A stretch of 64,000 nucleotides of DNA from an uncultured Acidimicrobiaceae bacterium (lineage in GTDB: Bacteria; Actinomycetota; Acidimicrobiia; Acidimicrobiales; RAAP-2): positions 19,008-83,007 of the forward strand of contig CAWCCQ010000005.1 of the NCBI GenBank assembly GCA_963794215.1, read 5' to 3'. Of the stretch, positions 11,223 through 21,429 are shown in pieces (within the stretch, counting starts at the first letter, position 1; each line of letters starts with the position of its first letter). A program made the position numbers and the translations under genes. Under the pieces are notes generated by a model. It was not told the origin of the DNA. It saw only the letters and a program-made list of their open reading frames with translations, and did no database searches.

Positions 11223-12086
11223 TCACCGACCACCAGGTCGGACAATCGCGTCGGCGACCTCGGTAACCGTTCGCTCGGCGGCCTCGCGGAGCCGGCTCAC
11301 CTCGGGCCCATTCACCAGGACCGATCGTGAGGCGCTCGGCAGGACCGTCCCCGGAGGGCATCGGCCGAAGAGCCGAGTGACGTCGTTGGCCCCAGCCCCT
11401 TGAGCCCCGATCCCCGGCGCCAGCACGATCCCGCCGACGGCCGCAAGGTCGAACGCGGAGGGTTCGAGGGTGGCGCCCACGACGACACCGCAGGAACCGA
11501 CGGGCAGGCCTTCGGCATCGTTACGCGCCGCGATCTGTGCCAGCAGCATGTCTTCGACGCTGTCCCCGGTGGCGGTCACCGCTTCTTGGACCCCCCGACC
11601 CTCGGGATTGCTGCTCCGTACGACGACCAGGACACCCCGCCCGTTGGCCGACGCCATGTCCAGCATGGGTTGGAGCGCCCCCAGACCCAAATAGGGAGCA
11701 GCGGTGACCGCGTCCGCCGCCAGCACGCTGCGCGGGGACAACCACGCCTCGGCGTAGGCCGCCGAGGTGCTGCCGATGTCGCCGCGCTTGGCGTCGGCGA
11801 TCACGAGGATGCCGCGCTCGCGCGCGCTGGCCAGCAACCCGGCGAGGACCTCGAGCCCAGGAGGCCCGTGCCGCTCGAAGAACGCGAGCTGAGGCTTGAC
11901 CACGGGGACCACCCCGACGAACGCGTCGAGGCACCTCGACGAGAACTCTCGGAGGCCCTCCACGTCGTCGTCGAGCCCCCAGTCCTCGAGCAAGGATCGC
12001 GACGGGTCGATACCAACGCAGAGCGGGCCGGTCGCCCGGACCGCCTCGAGGACCCGGGCTCCGAACGACGGCGTCTCGGCGCTCAC
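11223..12086 (-). CDS. pyrF: orotidine 5'-phosphate decarboxylase (long, type 2)
   Basis: PLCVGIDP, VKPQLAFFE and IADAKRGDIGST motifs. GTG 12086 overlaps the pyrD stop as GTGA. Confidence 0.9.
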   Translation of the reverse strand: MSAETPSFGARVLEAVRATGPLCVGIDPSRSLLEDWGLDDDVEGLREFSSRCLDAFVGVVPVVKPQLAFFERHGPPGLEVLAGLLASARERGILVIADAKRGDIGSTSAAYAEAWLSPRSVLAADAVTAAPYLGLGALQPMLDMASANGRGVLVVVRSSNPEGRGVQEAVTATGDSVEDMLLAQIAARNDAEGLPVGSCGVVVGATLEPSAFDLAAVGGIVLAPGIGAQGAGANDVTRLFGRCPPGTVLPSASRSVLVNGPEVSRLREAAERTVTEVADAIVRPGGR

Positions 12087-13063
12087 CAGCCGTGGGCCGA
12101 TCCGACAAGCTCGCGCACGGAGGCCACCCCGTGTCCGGCGCACCAGCGCTCGAGGCCGGCGAGTATCTTCCACGGAGCGCGCGGGTCCCGGAAGGACGCC
12201 GTTCCCACCTGAATGGCGTCGGCGCCCGCCAGCAGCAGCTCGACCGCGTCACGGGCGGTCAGCACGCCGCCGACGCCCACGATGGGAGTGGTCGGGAAGG
12301 CCTCTCGGCACTCCCACACGGCGCGCACGGCGACCGGATGGACGGCCGGACCCGACAGCCCCCCTCCGATGCCGCCCAGCACCGGTCGGCGGCGTTCGAC
12401 GTCGAGTGCCAGGCCGAGCAGCGTGTTGACCAGGGTCAACCCCTCCGCTCCCGCGTCGAGGGCGCCGGCTGCGATCTCACGCAGATCGCTCACGTTGGGG
12501 CTGAGCTTTACCCAACGCGGCAGACCGCAGGCGGACGCCGTCACGACGTCGGCGGTGGCCTGGCGCGAGTGGGCGAACATGCGCGATCGGTCCTCGACGT
12601 TCGGGCAACTGACGTTGAGCTCGACGGCGACAATCGCCTGTCGCTCGGGGCTAGGAAGGGCGGCCAGTACTCCGGCCGATCGGGCGAAGTCCTCGACGCG
12701 ATGCCCCCACAGGCTCACAACGACCGTGGCACCGACGTCCGCGAGCAGGGGCAGGTCGTGCTCCAGCCAGGCGGCCAGCCCAGGACCCTGGAGCCCCACG
12801 CTGTTGAGCATCCCCCCTTCTACCTGGTGGACCCGGGGCGGTGGGTTGCCCGCCCACGGGTCGGCGGCAAGCGACTTGACGACCACGGCGCCCAGCGAGG
12901 CGAGATTCCCGTACGCGTGGAGCTCAGTGCCATAGCCGGCGGTGCCCGAGGCGGTCATCACTGGGTTCGCCAGGTCGACGCCTCCGACCCGGGTGGCCAT
13001 GTCAACGACCGTCGACGCTGCACCCCCAACCGGCGCCCGTCGTCGCAGGAGTCGCCCGCTCAA
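12083..13063 (-). CDS. pyrD: dihydroorotate dehydrogenase, class 1 (Cys active site)
   Basis: NPVMTASGTAGYG, NSVGLQGPG, ELNVSCPNV and GGLSGPAVHPVA motifs. The TTG start overlaps the carB stop as TTGA; an alternative ATG lies at 13000. Confidence 0.9.
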   Translation of the reverse strand: MSGRLLRRRAPVGGAASTVVDMATRVGGVDLANPVMTASGTAGYGTELHAYGNLASLGAVVVKSLAADPWAGNPPPRVHQVEGGMLNSVGLQGPGLAAWLEHDLPLLADVGATVVVSLWGHRVEDFARSAGVLAALPSPERQAIVAVELNVSCPNVEDRSRMFAHSRQATADVVTASACGLPRWVKLSPNVSDLREIAAGALDAGAEGLTLVNTLLGLALDVERRRPVLGGIGGGLSGPAVHPVAVRAVWECREAFPTTPIVGVGGVLTARDAVELLLAGADAIQVGTASFRDPRAPWKILAGLERWCAGHGVASVRELVGSAHGW

Positions 13064-16000
13064 GGGTCTTGCCGGGCGCCGTGCGATTGGGCGCCGTGAA
13101 GCTCTTGGATGCTGCGCACCTCCAGCGGGTGGGTGGACCAGTCCGCTATCCCCCCCGCCGCGGCCCGGGCGGCAGCCATGGTGGTCAGGCAGGGCACCCC
13201 ATGGGCGACCGCGGCTGCTCGGATGTGCGCGCCGTCGGCACGCGATCCCCGCCCTCGTGGGGTGTTGACGACCATCTGGACCTTTCCCCCGGCGATCAGC
13301 TCGACCGCGTCGGCGGCCAGGCCTTCCTCGCCCACCTTGGCCACGAGCGTGTCGACGTCGACACCCTGGTCGCGCAGGAAGCCGGCAGTGCCCAAGGTGG
13401 CGGCCAGGGAGAACCCGAGCTCTGCAAGCTGGCGGGCCACCCGGGTCCCGCTCGGCTTGTCCCGGTCGGCCAGCGACAAGAAGACGGTGCCCGACTTGGG
13501 CAGCCGCGTTCCGGCCGCCATTTGGCTCTTGGCGAAGGCCAGCCCGAACGTCTCGTCGACGCCCATCACCTCTCCGGTGGAACGCATCTCGGGCCCGAGG
13601 AGGGTGTCGACCTCGGGGAACCGGTTGAAGGGCAGGACCGCCTCCTTGACGCTCACATACCGGGGCGGGGGCACCCTGCGCAGCGCCGAGGCGGGCAGCA
13701 GACCCTCTTGACGCAGCTGCTCGAGGGAATCACCCACCATCACCCGAGCCGCCGCCATCGCCACCGGAACACCGGTGGCTTTGGCCACGAAGGGCACGGT
13801 CCGGCTGGCTCGAGGGTTGGCTTCGAGCACGAACGTCTGGCCGTCCTTGACGGCAAACTGCACGTTCAACAGGCCACCGACGTCGAGGGCGTCGGCGAGG
13901 GCGGCCGTTTGGCGTTCGAGCTCGGCCACGACCTGCGGGCTCAACGTCTGGGGCGGCAACGCACAGGCGGAGTCCCCCGAGTGGACGCCAGCCTCTTCGA
14001 CGTGCTCCATCACCCCGGCAATCAGCACCTCTCCTCGCTGGTCGCGCAACGCGTCGACGTCGACCTCGATGGCGTCCTCCAAGAAGCGGTCGACGAGCAC
14101 CGGACGCAGCGGCACCCCGACGCTACGTGTCCCTTCCCTGGCCGGGTCGATACTCGGGCCCAGGTCGGTACCGCGCGCCGTCAGCGTCGCCATCACTCGC
14201 CGTACGCCGTCGGCGTCATAGACGATCTCCATGGCCCGCCCGCCCAACACGTAGCTCGGGCGCAACAACACCGGGTAGCCCACCCGCTCGGCCACCTCCA
14301 GCGCCTCGGCAACCGTCGTCGCCGTACCCCCCGGAGGCTGGGCGATGCCCAGCCGCGAGCACAGGGCGCTCCAACGCTCGCGGTCCTCGGCCAGGTCGAT
14401 CGAGGCGGGACTGGTTCCCAGGACGAGCCCAGGAGCCAGGGAGCCCGCCAGCTTGAGCGGCGTCTGCCCGCCGAGCGCCACGATGACCCCCACCAACTCA
14501 CCGCCCTCGCGCGCACTGCGCTGCTCCACGTCGATGACGTTGGCAACGTCCTCGACGGTCAGGGGCTCAAAATACAGACGATCGGACACGTCGTAGTCGG
14601 TCGACACGGTCTCGGGGTTGCAGTTGACCATGACCGTCTCGTAGCCCGCGGCACGTAGGGCCATGCTGGCGTGCACGCAGCAATAGTCGAACTCGATGCC
14701 CTGGCCGATCCGGTTGGGACCCGACCCGAGGATCACGACCTTACGGCCCGCCGTTGCGCGCACTTCGTCCTCGTCCTCGTATGTGCCGTAGTGATACGGC
14801 GTCAGCGCCTCGAACTCGGCGCCGCACGTGTCGACCGCCTTGAAGGTGGCGCGCACCCCGACTGCCAGACGTGCCGCACGCACGTCGCGCTCCTCGGCGC
14901 CGAGGAGATAGGCGAGCTGCTCGTCGGAGAACCCAAGGCGCTTGGCCCGCCGGAAGCCATCGCGGCCGAGCGCGCTGAGCGCGCCGAGGCCGCCGCCGGT
15001 CGTGGCGGCGAGCGCGACCAGCGCTACCCGCTCGGCACTGATGCGGGCGATCTGGGTGAGGAACCACGGATCGATCCCCGTCCGCGCCGCTAGGTGCTCG
15101 ACGGGGACGCCCCTGCGCAGCGCGCGACTCGACGGCAAAGATCCGGTCAGGCCTGGCCACGGCCACTCGGTGATCCAGCGCCTGGTCGTCGAGGAACTCG
15201 AGGTCGATCTCGGCGGGATCGGCGTTGAGCCCGGCACGTCCCTGCTCGAGTGAACGTAGGGCCTTCTGCAGCGACTCGCAGAATGTCCTACCGAGGGCCA
15301 TGACCTCCCCTACTGACTGCATCCGGGTGCCCAGTGTCCCGTCGGACCCGGGCAGCTTCTCGAAAGCCCACCTCGGCACTTTGGTCACGACGTAGTCGAT
15401 CGTCGGCTCGAAGCTGGCCGGGGTGGCACCCGTGATGTCGTTGGTGATCTCGTCGAGCCGGTACCCGACGGCAAGGCGGGCGGCAATTTTGGCGATCGGG
15501 AAGCCGGTCGCCTTGGAGGCCAACGCGGAGGACCGCGAGACCCGGGGGTTCATCTCGATGACCATGCGGCGCCCCGTCGACGGCTCGACGGCGAACTGCA
15601 CGTTCGAGCCACCCGTCTCGACCCCGACCCGTCGCATACAGGCAAAGGCATCGTCGCGCATGGCTTGGTACTCGACGTCGGTCAGCGTCTGCGCGGGGGC
15701 CACCGTGATCGAGTCACCGGTGTGGACGCCCATTGGATCGAGGTTCTCGATCGAGCAGACGACCACGCAGTTGTCCACGCCGTCGCGCATGACCTCGAGC
15801 TCGTACTCCTTCCAACCTGCGATGGAGCGCTCCACCAGCACCTGGCTAACCGGGCTGGCGGCGAGCCCCTCGAGTGCCAACCGCTCGAACGATGCCAGAT
15901 CGGTGGCGATGCCCGTGCCCGAGCCGCCGAGGATGAAGCTCGGACGGACCATCACGGGAAACCCGATCTCGGCGGCGATCACCGTGGCCTCGTCGAGCGA

Positions 16001-16450
16001 GTGGGCGAAGCCCGACCGCGGCACCTCCAGCCCGATCTCCTCCATTGCCGCTTTGAAGCGATCACGGTCCTCCGCGGTTCGGATCGCTTCGGGCCGCGCA
16101 CCGATCACCTCGACCCCGAACCGATCGAGTACGCCGCGTTCGACCAGCTCGATGGTCAAGTTCAGTGCAGTCTGGCCCCCGAGTGTCGGCAGCAGCGCGT
16201 CGGGTCGCTCGCGCTCGATGATCGCCGTGAGCACATCCGCGTCCAAGGGCTCGATGTAGGTCCGATCGGCCATGGTCGGATCCGTCATGATCGTCGCCGG
16301 GTTGGAGTTGGCCAGCACGACGCGATAGCCCTCCTCGGAGAGGACGCGGCAGGCCTGCGTGCCCGAATAGTCGAACTCACAGGCCTGCCCGATCACGATC
16401 GGGCCCGAGCCAATGATCAAGATGGCCTCGATGTCGTCGCGTCTCGGCAT
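13060..16450 (-). pseudogene. carB: carbamoyl-phosphate synthase large subunit, one apparent frameshift as assembled
   Basis: The N-terminal ~440 aa ([33 protein letters not shown]...PDRIFAVES) lie in the frame of ORF 14741..16564. The remainder ([22 protein letters not shown]...second ATP-grasp...MGS-like domain) lies in the frame of ORF 13060..15237. The switch is at the GCGCGC run at about 15121-15128. Confidence 0.88.
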
Positions 16451-16452
16451 TG

Positions 16453-17574
16453 TCAATGCCTCCCCGACGGCACACCGGCCTCCATGGCGGCGCGAAACTG
16501 GTCGAAGAGATAGTGAGCGTCGTGCGGTCCCGGAGCTGCTTCGGGATGGTACTGAACCGAGCACGCAGCGGCCGATGGCGTTCGGAGCCCCTCGACGACC
16601 CCGTCGTTGAGGTTGACGTGGGTCACGTCTATCCCTCGACCCGGGCCCAGGGCGACGGCGTAGTTGTGGTTCTGGCTAGTGACCTCGACGCCTCCCGTCT
16701 CGAGACGGCGCACCGGATGGTTGGCGCCGTGGTGACCGAACGACAACTTGTAGGTGCTGGCACCCAGCGCGGTCGCGAGCACCTGATGACCGAGGCAGAT
16801 ACCGAAGATGGGGACCTGGCCCAGGAGATCGGCCACCGTCGCGACCGGCCCCAAGAGCGCCGCGGGGTCCCCCGGCCCGTTGGAGAGGAACACGCCGTGA
16901 GGCTCGAGCGCCATCACCTCGTCAGCGGACGTGGACGCCGGGACCACGGTGACCGTGGCCATGCGCCCGAGATGCCCGAGCATGGTCTCTTTGACCCCGA
17001 AGTCGAAGGCGACGAGGCGCCAGGGCCCCTTGCCACGCGTGTAGGCGATGGTGGTCGTGACCCTCGACACGAGATCTCGACCATCGGTCCCTTCGGCCGC
17101 CCGTGCCGCAGCCCAGAGGCCGGACTCACCCGCGGTACCGAACGCGCACGGCATTGCGCCCGCATCGCGCAGGTGGCGGGTGAGCCGACGGGTGTCGATC
17201 CCGGTGATGGCGGCGACGCCGTGACGGACCAGAAACGCCTCGACCCCTTCGGTCGCGCGCCAGTTGCTCGGCGTATCGACCAGGTCTCGCACGACGACGC
17301 CCTGGCACCAGACCGTGGGCGCCTCGTCGTCGTCGGGGTTGGTGCCGTAGTTGCCGATGTGCGGATACGTGAAGGCGATGACCTGCCCTGCGTAGGACGG
17401 ATCGGTGAGGATCTCCTGATAGCCGCTCAGGGCGGTGTTGAACACCAACTCCCCCGTCGCGACGCCACCAGGGGCTGGCGCGCCGGCCGCTTCGCCTTCG
17501 AAGATCTCACCGTCCGCCAACACGAGCAGGGCGGGCTGGCGGGGTACGGCGGGTTCGATGCTCGTCCCGCTCAC
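16453..17574 (-). CDS. carA: carbamoyl-phosphate synthase small (glutamine amidotransferase) subunit
   Basis: 373-aa ORF with [20 protein letters not shown], the catalytic GICLGHQ motif, and HHGANHPV. Confidence 0.95.
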   Translation of the reverse strand: MSGTSIEPAVPRQPALLVLADGEIFEGEAAGAPAPGGVATGELVFNTALSGYQEILTDPSYAGQVIAFTYPHIGNYGTNPDDDEAPTVWCQGVVVRDLVDTPSNWRATEGVEAFLVRHGVAAITGIDTRRLTRHLRDAGAMPCAFGTAGESGLWAAARAAEGTDGRDLVSRVTTTIAYTRGKGPWRLVAFDFGVKETMLGHLGRMATVTVVPASTSADEVMALEPHGVFLSNGPGDPAALLGPVATVADLLGQVPIFGICLGHQVLATALGASTYKLSFGHHGANHPVRRLETGGVEVTSQNHNYAVALGPGRGIDVTHVNLNDGVVEGLRTPSAAACSVQYHPEAAPGPHDAHYLFDQFRAAMEAGVPSGRH

Positions 17575-18953
17575 CGTTGCACCATTGCGTCGATCACCAC
17601 CGGTTCGCCGCGCAAGACGGTGTGGCGGACACGGCCGCGCAGCTCGCGCCCGGCGTACGGGGTGTTGCGGCTAAGGCTGGCCAGCGCACCGGCATCCACT
17701 CGGTACGACGCCGATGGGTCGAAGACGCAGAGGTTGGCCACGGCCGTCGGGACGAGCGGCCCACCGTGGGCGCTGTGGCCGGCGATCGCCGCGCCCTGTG
17801 CGTCGAGCCCGGCGATCGCCGCTGGCCGCCAGCTGAAAAGCGCGAACAACTGCTGGGCACTGAGTGCGACCCGATCAGCGACCGCCCGGCCCTGGGAGCC
17901 GTCGGTGACCGAACCATCGAGTGGGGCCGCGTAGAAGACCGTGAAGGCCACCGAAAATGCCGTCTCGAGTCCAAGCATGCCCGGAAGTGCCTCATCGAAG
18001 GGAAGATCCTTCGCCTCCGGCGGGTGCGGTGCGTGATCGGTCGCGATGGCATCGACCGTTCCGTCAACCACCCCTTGGCGAATCGACCCGACGTCCCCTT
18101 CGCTCCGCAGCGGGGGGTTCACCTTGAAGACGGGGTCGAACTTGGCGACCTCGGCGTCGGTCAGGAAGAAATGGTGGGGGGCGACCTCGGCGGTGACCGC
18201 CAGACCCTCGGCTTTGGCCCCTCGGAGCAGCTCGAGCGATCCGGCGGTCGACAGGTGCAAGAAGTGCATTGGGGCGCCGGTGAGGCGCACCAGCGCCAAG
18301 TCGCGGGCGACCATCGCCTCCTCGGCGGCCGACGGAACCCCCGGTAACCCGAGCCGGCTCGACCACGCACCCTCGTGCATCGCCCCGCCGGCCGCCAGGT
18401 TCTCGTCCTCGCAGTGTTGCGCCAAGGTCACCCCGAGTCCCCGTGCGTAGTCGAGCGCACGGCGCATGAGCCCCCCGTCCTGCACCCCCGTGCCGTCGTC
18501 GGTGAAGAGGTGGACGCCCAACGCGGCCAGCTCGGCCATCGGCGCAAGGCGCTCTCCGCGGCGCCCCACGGTGATCGCGCCGGCCACCGCCACCTCGGTG
18601 ATCGCCGAGCGGCCGAGCCCGAGGACCTCCCGGGCCGTCCCAGCGTTGTCGATCGCCGGTTCGGTGTTGGGCATGGCCACCACGGCGGTGAACCCGCCAA
18701 GGGCGGCGGCCCGGGCACCCGTCTCGACGGTCTCGGCTTCCTCGCGTCCGGGCTGCCGGAGGTGGGTGTGCAGGTCGACCAGACCCGGCCCGACCAGGCA
18801 GCCCCCCGCATCGAGCACCAAGGTGCCGGGGGGGACCGGCAGGTCGGGTCCCACCGCCTCGATCGTCGACCCCGCGACCAGGACGTCGGCCGTCCGCATT
18901 CCTCGCTGGTCCACGAGCGTCCCACCCCGCACGACGACCCTGCGCTCAGCCAC
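17571..18953 (-). CDS. pyrC: dihydroorotase
   Basis: From GTG 18953 (VAERRVVVRGG...) the ORF carries GLVDLHTHLRQPG, FTDDG and ATDHAPH motifs. The upstream part of the 549-aa track ORF is an out-of-frame reading of the pyrB 3' repeat. Confidence 0.92.
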   Translation of the reverse strand: MAERRVVVRGGTLVDQRGMRTADVLVAGSTIEAVGPDLPVPPGTLVLDAGGCLVGPGLVDLHTHLRQPGREEAETVETGARAAALGGFTAVVAMPNTEPAIDNAGTAREVLGLGRSAITEVAVAGAITVGRRGERLAPMAELAALGVHLFTDDGTGVQDGGLMRRALDYARGLGVTLAQHCEDENLAAGGAMHEGAWSSRLGLPGVPSAAEEAMVARDLALVRLTGAPMHFLHLSTAGSLELLRGAKAEGLAVTAEVAPHHFFLTDAEVAKFDPVFKVNPPLRSEGDVGSIRQGVVDGTVDAIATDHAPHPPEAKDLPFDEALPGMLGLETAFSVAFTVFYAAPLDGSVTDGSQGRAVADRVALSAQQLFALFSWRPAAIAGLDAQGAAIAGHSAHGGPLVPTAVANLCVFDPSASYRVDAGALASLSRNTPYAGRELRGRVRHTVLRGEPVVIDAMVQR

Positions 18954-20121
18954 CGACCGCTCCCAGAGGGATCGGGGGAGCCGTGCCTGACTCGGGCTCC
19001 GTCGGAGCCACGCCTGACTCGGGCTCCGTCGGAGCCACGCCTGACTCGGGCTCCGTCGGAGCCACGCCTGACTCGGGCTCCGTCGGAGCCACGCCTGACT
19101 CGGGCTCCGTCGGAGCCACGCCTGCCTCCCGGGCGATGAAGCCCTCCGGGGGGCTCGGGTCCACCGCGCCTTCCGACCCGAGCAGCAAGAAGAGGACGGC
19201 CATCCGCACCGCGACGCCATTGGTCACCTGTCGGGTCACGACCAGATTGGGCAAGTCGACCACGTCGGAACCGATCTCCACCCCGCGGACCATCGGGCCC
19301 GGATGGGTCACGATCGCCAGTTCGGACAAGTGCCGAGCGCGCTGAGCCGTGAGGCCCCAGTGCGCCGTGTACTCGCGCAACGACGGGACGAAGGCTCCGC
19401 TTCCGCGCTCTGCCTGCAACCGGAGCAACGAGACGACGTCGGCATCACCCAGCGCCCTATCAAGGTCGTGGGCGACGCTGACCGGCCAACCCTCCAGGGA
19501 CGGGGGCAGCAGGCTGCCGGGCCCGGCCAACGTGACGCGTGCCCCGAGCGCGCTGTACGCCAGCACCTGGGATCGGGCCACCCGACTGTGGCGTACGTCG
19601 CCGACGATGAGCACCCGCAGACCGTCGAAGCAGCGGACCCCGAAGTCAGCCGGATCAGCCCCGGCTCGCTCGGCCAGGACCTGACGGACCGTGAAGCAGT
19701 CCAACAGGGCCTGGGTCGGGTGCTCGTGCCACCCGTCACCGGCGTTGATGACACGGGCACGCCGGGCCCAACGCGCCACCTGGTGGGTGGCACCTGACGA
19801 CGGATGGCGGACCACGAGTGCGTCGATTCCCATGGCCTCCACCGTCTCGACGGTGTCGCGCAACGACTCACCCTTCTTGAGCGACGACGACGCCGCGGAG
19901 AAGGAAAGCACGTCTGCCGAGAGGCGTTTCGCTGCGGTCTCGAACGACAGGCGTGTCCGGGTCGACTCTTCGAAGAACAGCGTGGCGACCACCCTGCCCC
20001 GCAGCGTCGGCACCTTGGGCATCGGCCGGCGCTCGACCTCGGCGAACGCCTCGGAGACCCGCAACAGCTCAGCGATCCCGTCGCGCCCCAGATCATCGAT
20101 CGAGAGCAGGTGTCGGGGCAT
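18946..20121 (-). CDS. pyrB: aspartate carbamoyltransferase catalytic subunit with a ~70-aa repeat-containing C-terminal extension
   Basis: MPRHLLSIDDL start, then FFEESTRTRLSFE, HPTQALLD and HPGPM motifs. The normal end (about ...AVLFLLLG) is followed by a P/E/T-rich tail including the 9-aa x5 repeat. An alternative GTG at 20157 overlaps the pyrR stop. Confidence 0.92.
   Translation of the reverse strand: MPRHLLSIDDLGRDGIAELLRVSEAFAEVERRPMPKVPTLRGRVVATLFFEESTRTRLSFETAAKRLSADVLSFSAASSSLKKGESLRDTVETVEAMGIDALVVRHPSSGATHQVARWARRARVINAGDGWHEHPTQALLDCFTVRQVLAERAGADPADFGVRCFDGLRVLIVGDVRHSRVARSQVLAYSALGARVTLAGPGSLLPPSLEGWPVSVAHDLDRALGDADVVSLLRLQAERGSGAFVPSLREYTAHWGLTAQRARHLSELAIVTHPGPMVRGVEIGSDVVDLPNLVVTRQVTNGVAVRMAVLFLLLGSEGAVDPSPPEGFIAREAGVAPTEPESGVAPTEPESGVAPTEPESGVAPTEPESGVAPTEPESGTAPPIPLGAVGG
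18986..19120. repeat. five perfect tandem copies of a 27-bp unit, in frame within the pyrB 3' end
   Basis: CCTGACTCGGGCTCCGTCGGAGCCACG occurs at 18986-19012, 19013-19039, 19040-19066, 19067-19093 and 19094-19120. In the pyrB frame this encodes (VAPTEPESG)x5. Confidence 0.97.
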
Positions 20122-20153
20122 CCGGGCCGTTCCCGATGCTGCTCGTGCCGCCG

Positions 20154-20723
20154 TCACTTGTCCTCGAGCGTCCCGATACTGACGCCGTCCTCGGTGACGT
20201 CCACCATCTCCTCCCGTCGCGTTGGGAGGTTCTTGCCCACGAAATCGGGGCGGATTGGCAGCTCGCGATGCCCCCGATCCACCATCACGGCCAGCTGCAC
20301 CGCACGGGCCCTGCCGTAGTCGCCCAAGGCGTTCAGCGCGGCGCGAACCGTCCGACCAGTGAACAAGACGTCGTCGACCAGCACGACGATCTTGCCCGTC
20401 AAGTCGATCGGGATGTCGGTGGCCGCTTCGGGCAGCACCGGCCGGAGCCCGATGTCGTCGCGATAGAAGGCCACGTCAAGCGTCCCGGTGGGCACGGTCG
20501 AACCATCCAGATCGCTCAGCACTGAGGCGAGCCTGCGGGCCAAAGGGACACCGCCGGTCTGCAGCCCGACCAGCACGACCTCGTCGAGGCCGCCGTTGCG
20601 CTCGACGACTTCATGTGCCATACGCGTCAGGGCTCGTCGAACGTCGGATGCAGAAAGGACCTGAGAATGTGGGACGAACACGCCACCCAGCGGCCTGGTA
20701 TGGCTGCGCTCGCGTTCGGCCAC
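20154..20723 (-). CDS. pyrR: bifunctional pyrimidine operon regulator / uracil phosphoribosyltransferase PyrR
   Basis: The PRPP-binding motif [13 protein letters not shown] and the [12 protein letters not shown] motif are present. GTG at 20723 is preceded by AGGAGGA at 6-nt spacing. It is the first gene of the pyr operon. Confidence 0.9.
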   Translation of the reverse strand: MAERERSHTRPLGGVFVPHSQVLSASDVRRALTRMAHEVVERNGGLDEVVLVGLQTGGVPLARRLASVLSDLDGSTVPTGTLDVAFYRDDIGLRPVLPEAATDIPIDLTGKIVVLVDDVLFTGRTVRAALNALGDYGRARAVQLAVMVDRGHRELPIRPDFVGKNLPTRREEMVDVTEDGVSIGTLEDK

Positions 20724-20726
20724 CGA

Positions 20727-20757
20727 TCCTCCTGTCCGTACGAGCCTCACAGGACTC
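20727..20757 (-). promoter_or_regulatory. putative PyrR-binding RNA stem-loop overlapping the pyrR Shine-Dalgarno sequence
   Basis: The minus-strand RNA reads GA-GUCC-UGUGAGGCU-CGUAC-GGAC-AGGAGGA-UCG-GUG. GUCC/GGAC forms the stem and UGUGAGGCU resembles the conserved (A/G)UCCAGAGAGGCU PyrR-binding loop. An alternative pairing, UCCUGU/ACAGGA, sequesters the start of the SD. Confidence 0.55.
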
Positions 20758-20853
20758 GCTTCACGGTCGGGACCAAACGTTACCACCGTCGCCCTCGATC
20801 ATGACCGCCCGTCGCGGGGCCCACCTCGTTCACCGACGTTGGGCGCCGGAACT

Positions 20854-21429
20854 TCAGACTTGCCCGTCCACTCCACGACCTACCCCGGCGTCGCCGGCAG
20901 CCGGCTCGCCGTCCGAAGGCACACCATCGCTGCTCTGGACCTCGCTCGCGCGAGCGCCTCGTATGTCCAAGAGCTCACCGCTCACCGCCGAAAGGATGCC
21001 GTTCACGAAGGCACCCGAGTCATCGGTCGAATAGGTCTTCGCAAGCTCGACCGCCTCGTCGATCACGACCGCCGTCGGAGGCCCGTCCGGCTCGAGCAGC
21101 TCGGCCACGGCCAAACGGAGCACCAGTCGATCCACCACGGCCATGCGATCGAGCGGCCAGCTCGTCGACGCCCGGGCGATCCGCTCATCGGCCTCGGGCT
21201 GATGGCGCTCAGAGGAGCCGACCAATTCAGTGGTGAAGTCGTCGGGCGCCACCGGAAGCTCGGCAACCACCTCGGTCGGGCGAATCCCCTTCATCTCGGC
21301 TTCATAGAGCAACGAGAGTGCACGCTCGCGGGCGCGATGCCGGGTGGCCCCGTCTACCTGGTCCGGCCCGTCATCGCGCGAAGTTCGGCGGCCCGGCGCG
21401 GCCGAGGGCCTCTTGGGCGACGGCGCCAC
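20854..21429 (-). CDS. nusB: transcription antitermination factor NusB
   Basis: RHRARERALSLLYEAE, DRMAVVDRLVLRLAVAEL and VIDEAVELAKTYSTDDSGAFVNGIL motifs. It directly follows efp. Confidence 0.9.
   Translation of the reverse strand: MAPSPKRPSAAPGRRTSRDDGPDQVDGATRHRARERALSLLYEAEMKGIRPTEVVAELPVAPDDFTTELVGSSERHQPEADERIARASTSWPLDRMAVVDRLVLRLAVAELLEPDGPPTAVVIDEAVELAKTYSTDDSGAFVNGILSAVSGELLDIRGARASEVQSSDGVPSDGEPAAGDAGVGRGVDGQV

Noticed and set aside
18954-19220. The N-terminal extension of the 549-aa pyrC ORF contains (SQAWLRRSP)x5, which suggests a repeat-bearing PyrC or a PyrB-PyrC fusion.
   Set aside because: It is the pyrB 27-bp repeat read in the wrong frame. The pyrB frame continues to its own stop at 18946. 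pyrC has a conventional start (GTG 18953, VAERRVVVRGG) matching dihydroorotase N-termini.
20122-20153. A possible second PyrR attenuator in the pyrR-pyrB spacer, as in Bacillus.
   Set aside because: The 32-nt spacer (minus strand ACGGCGGCACGAGCAGCATCGGGAACGGCCCGG) has no UCC..GAGAGGCU-like motif and no hairpin.
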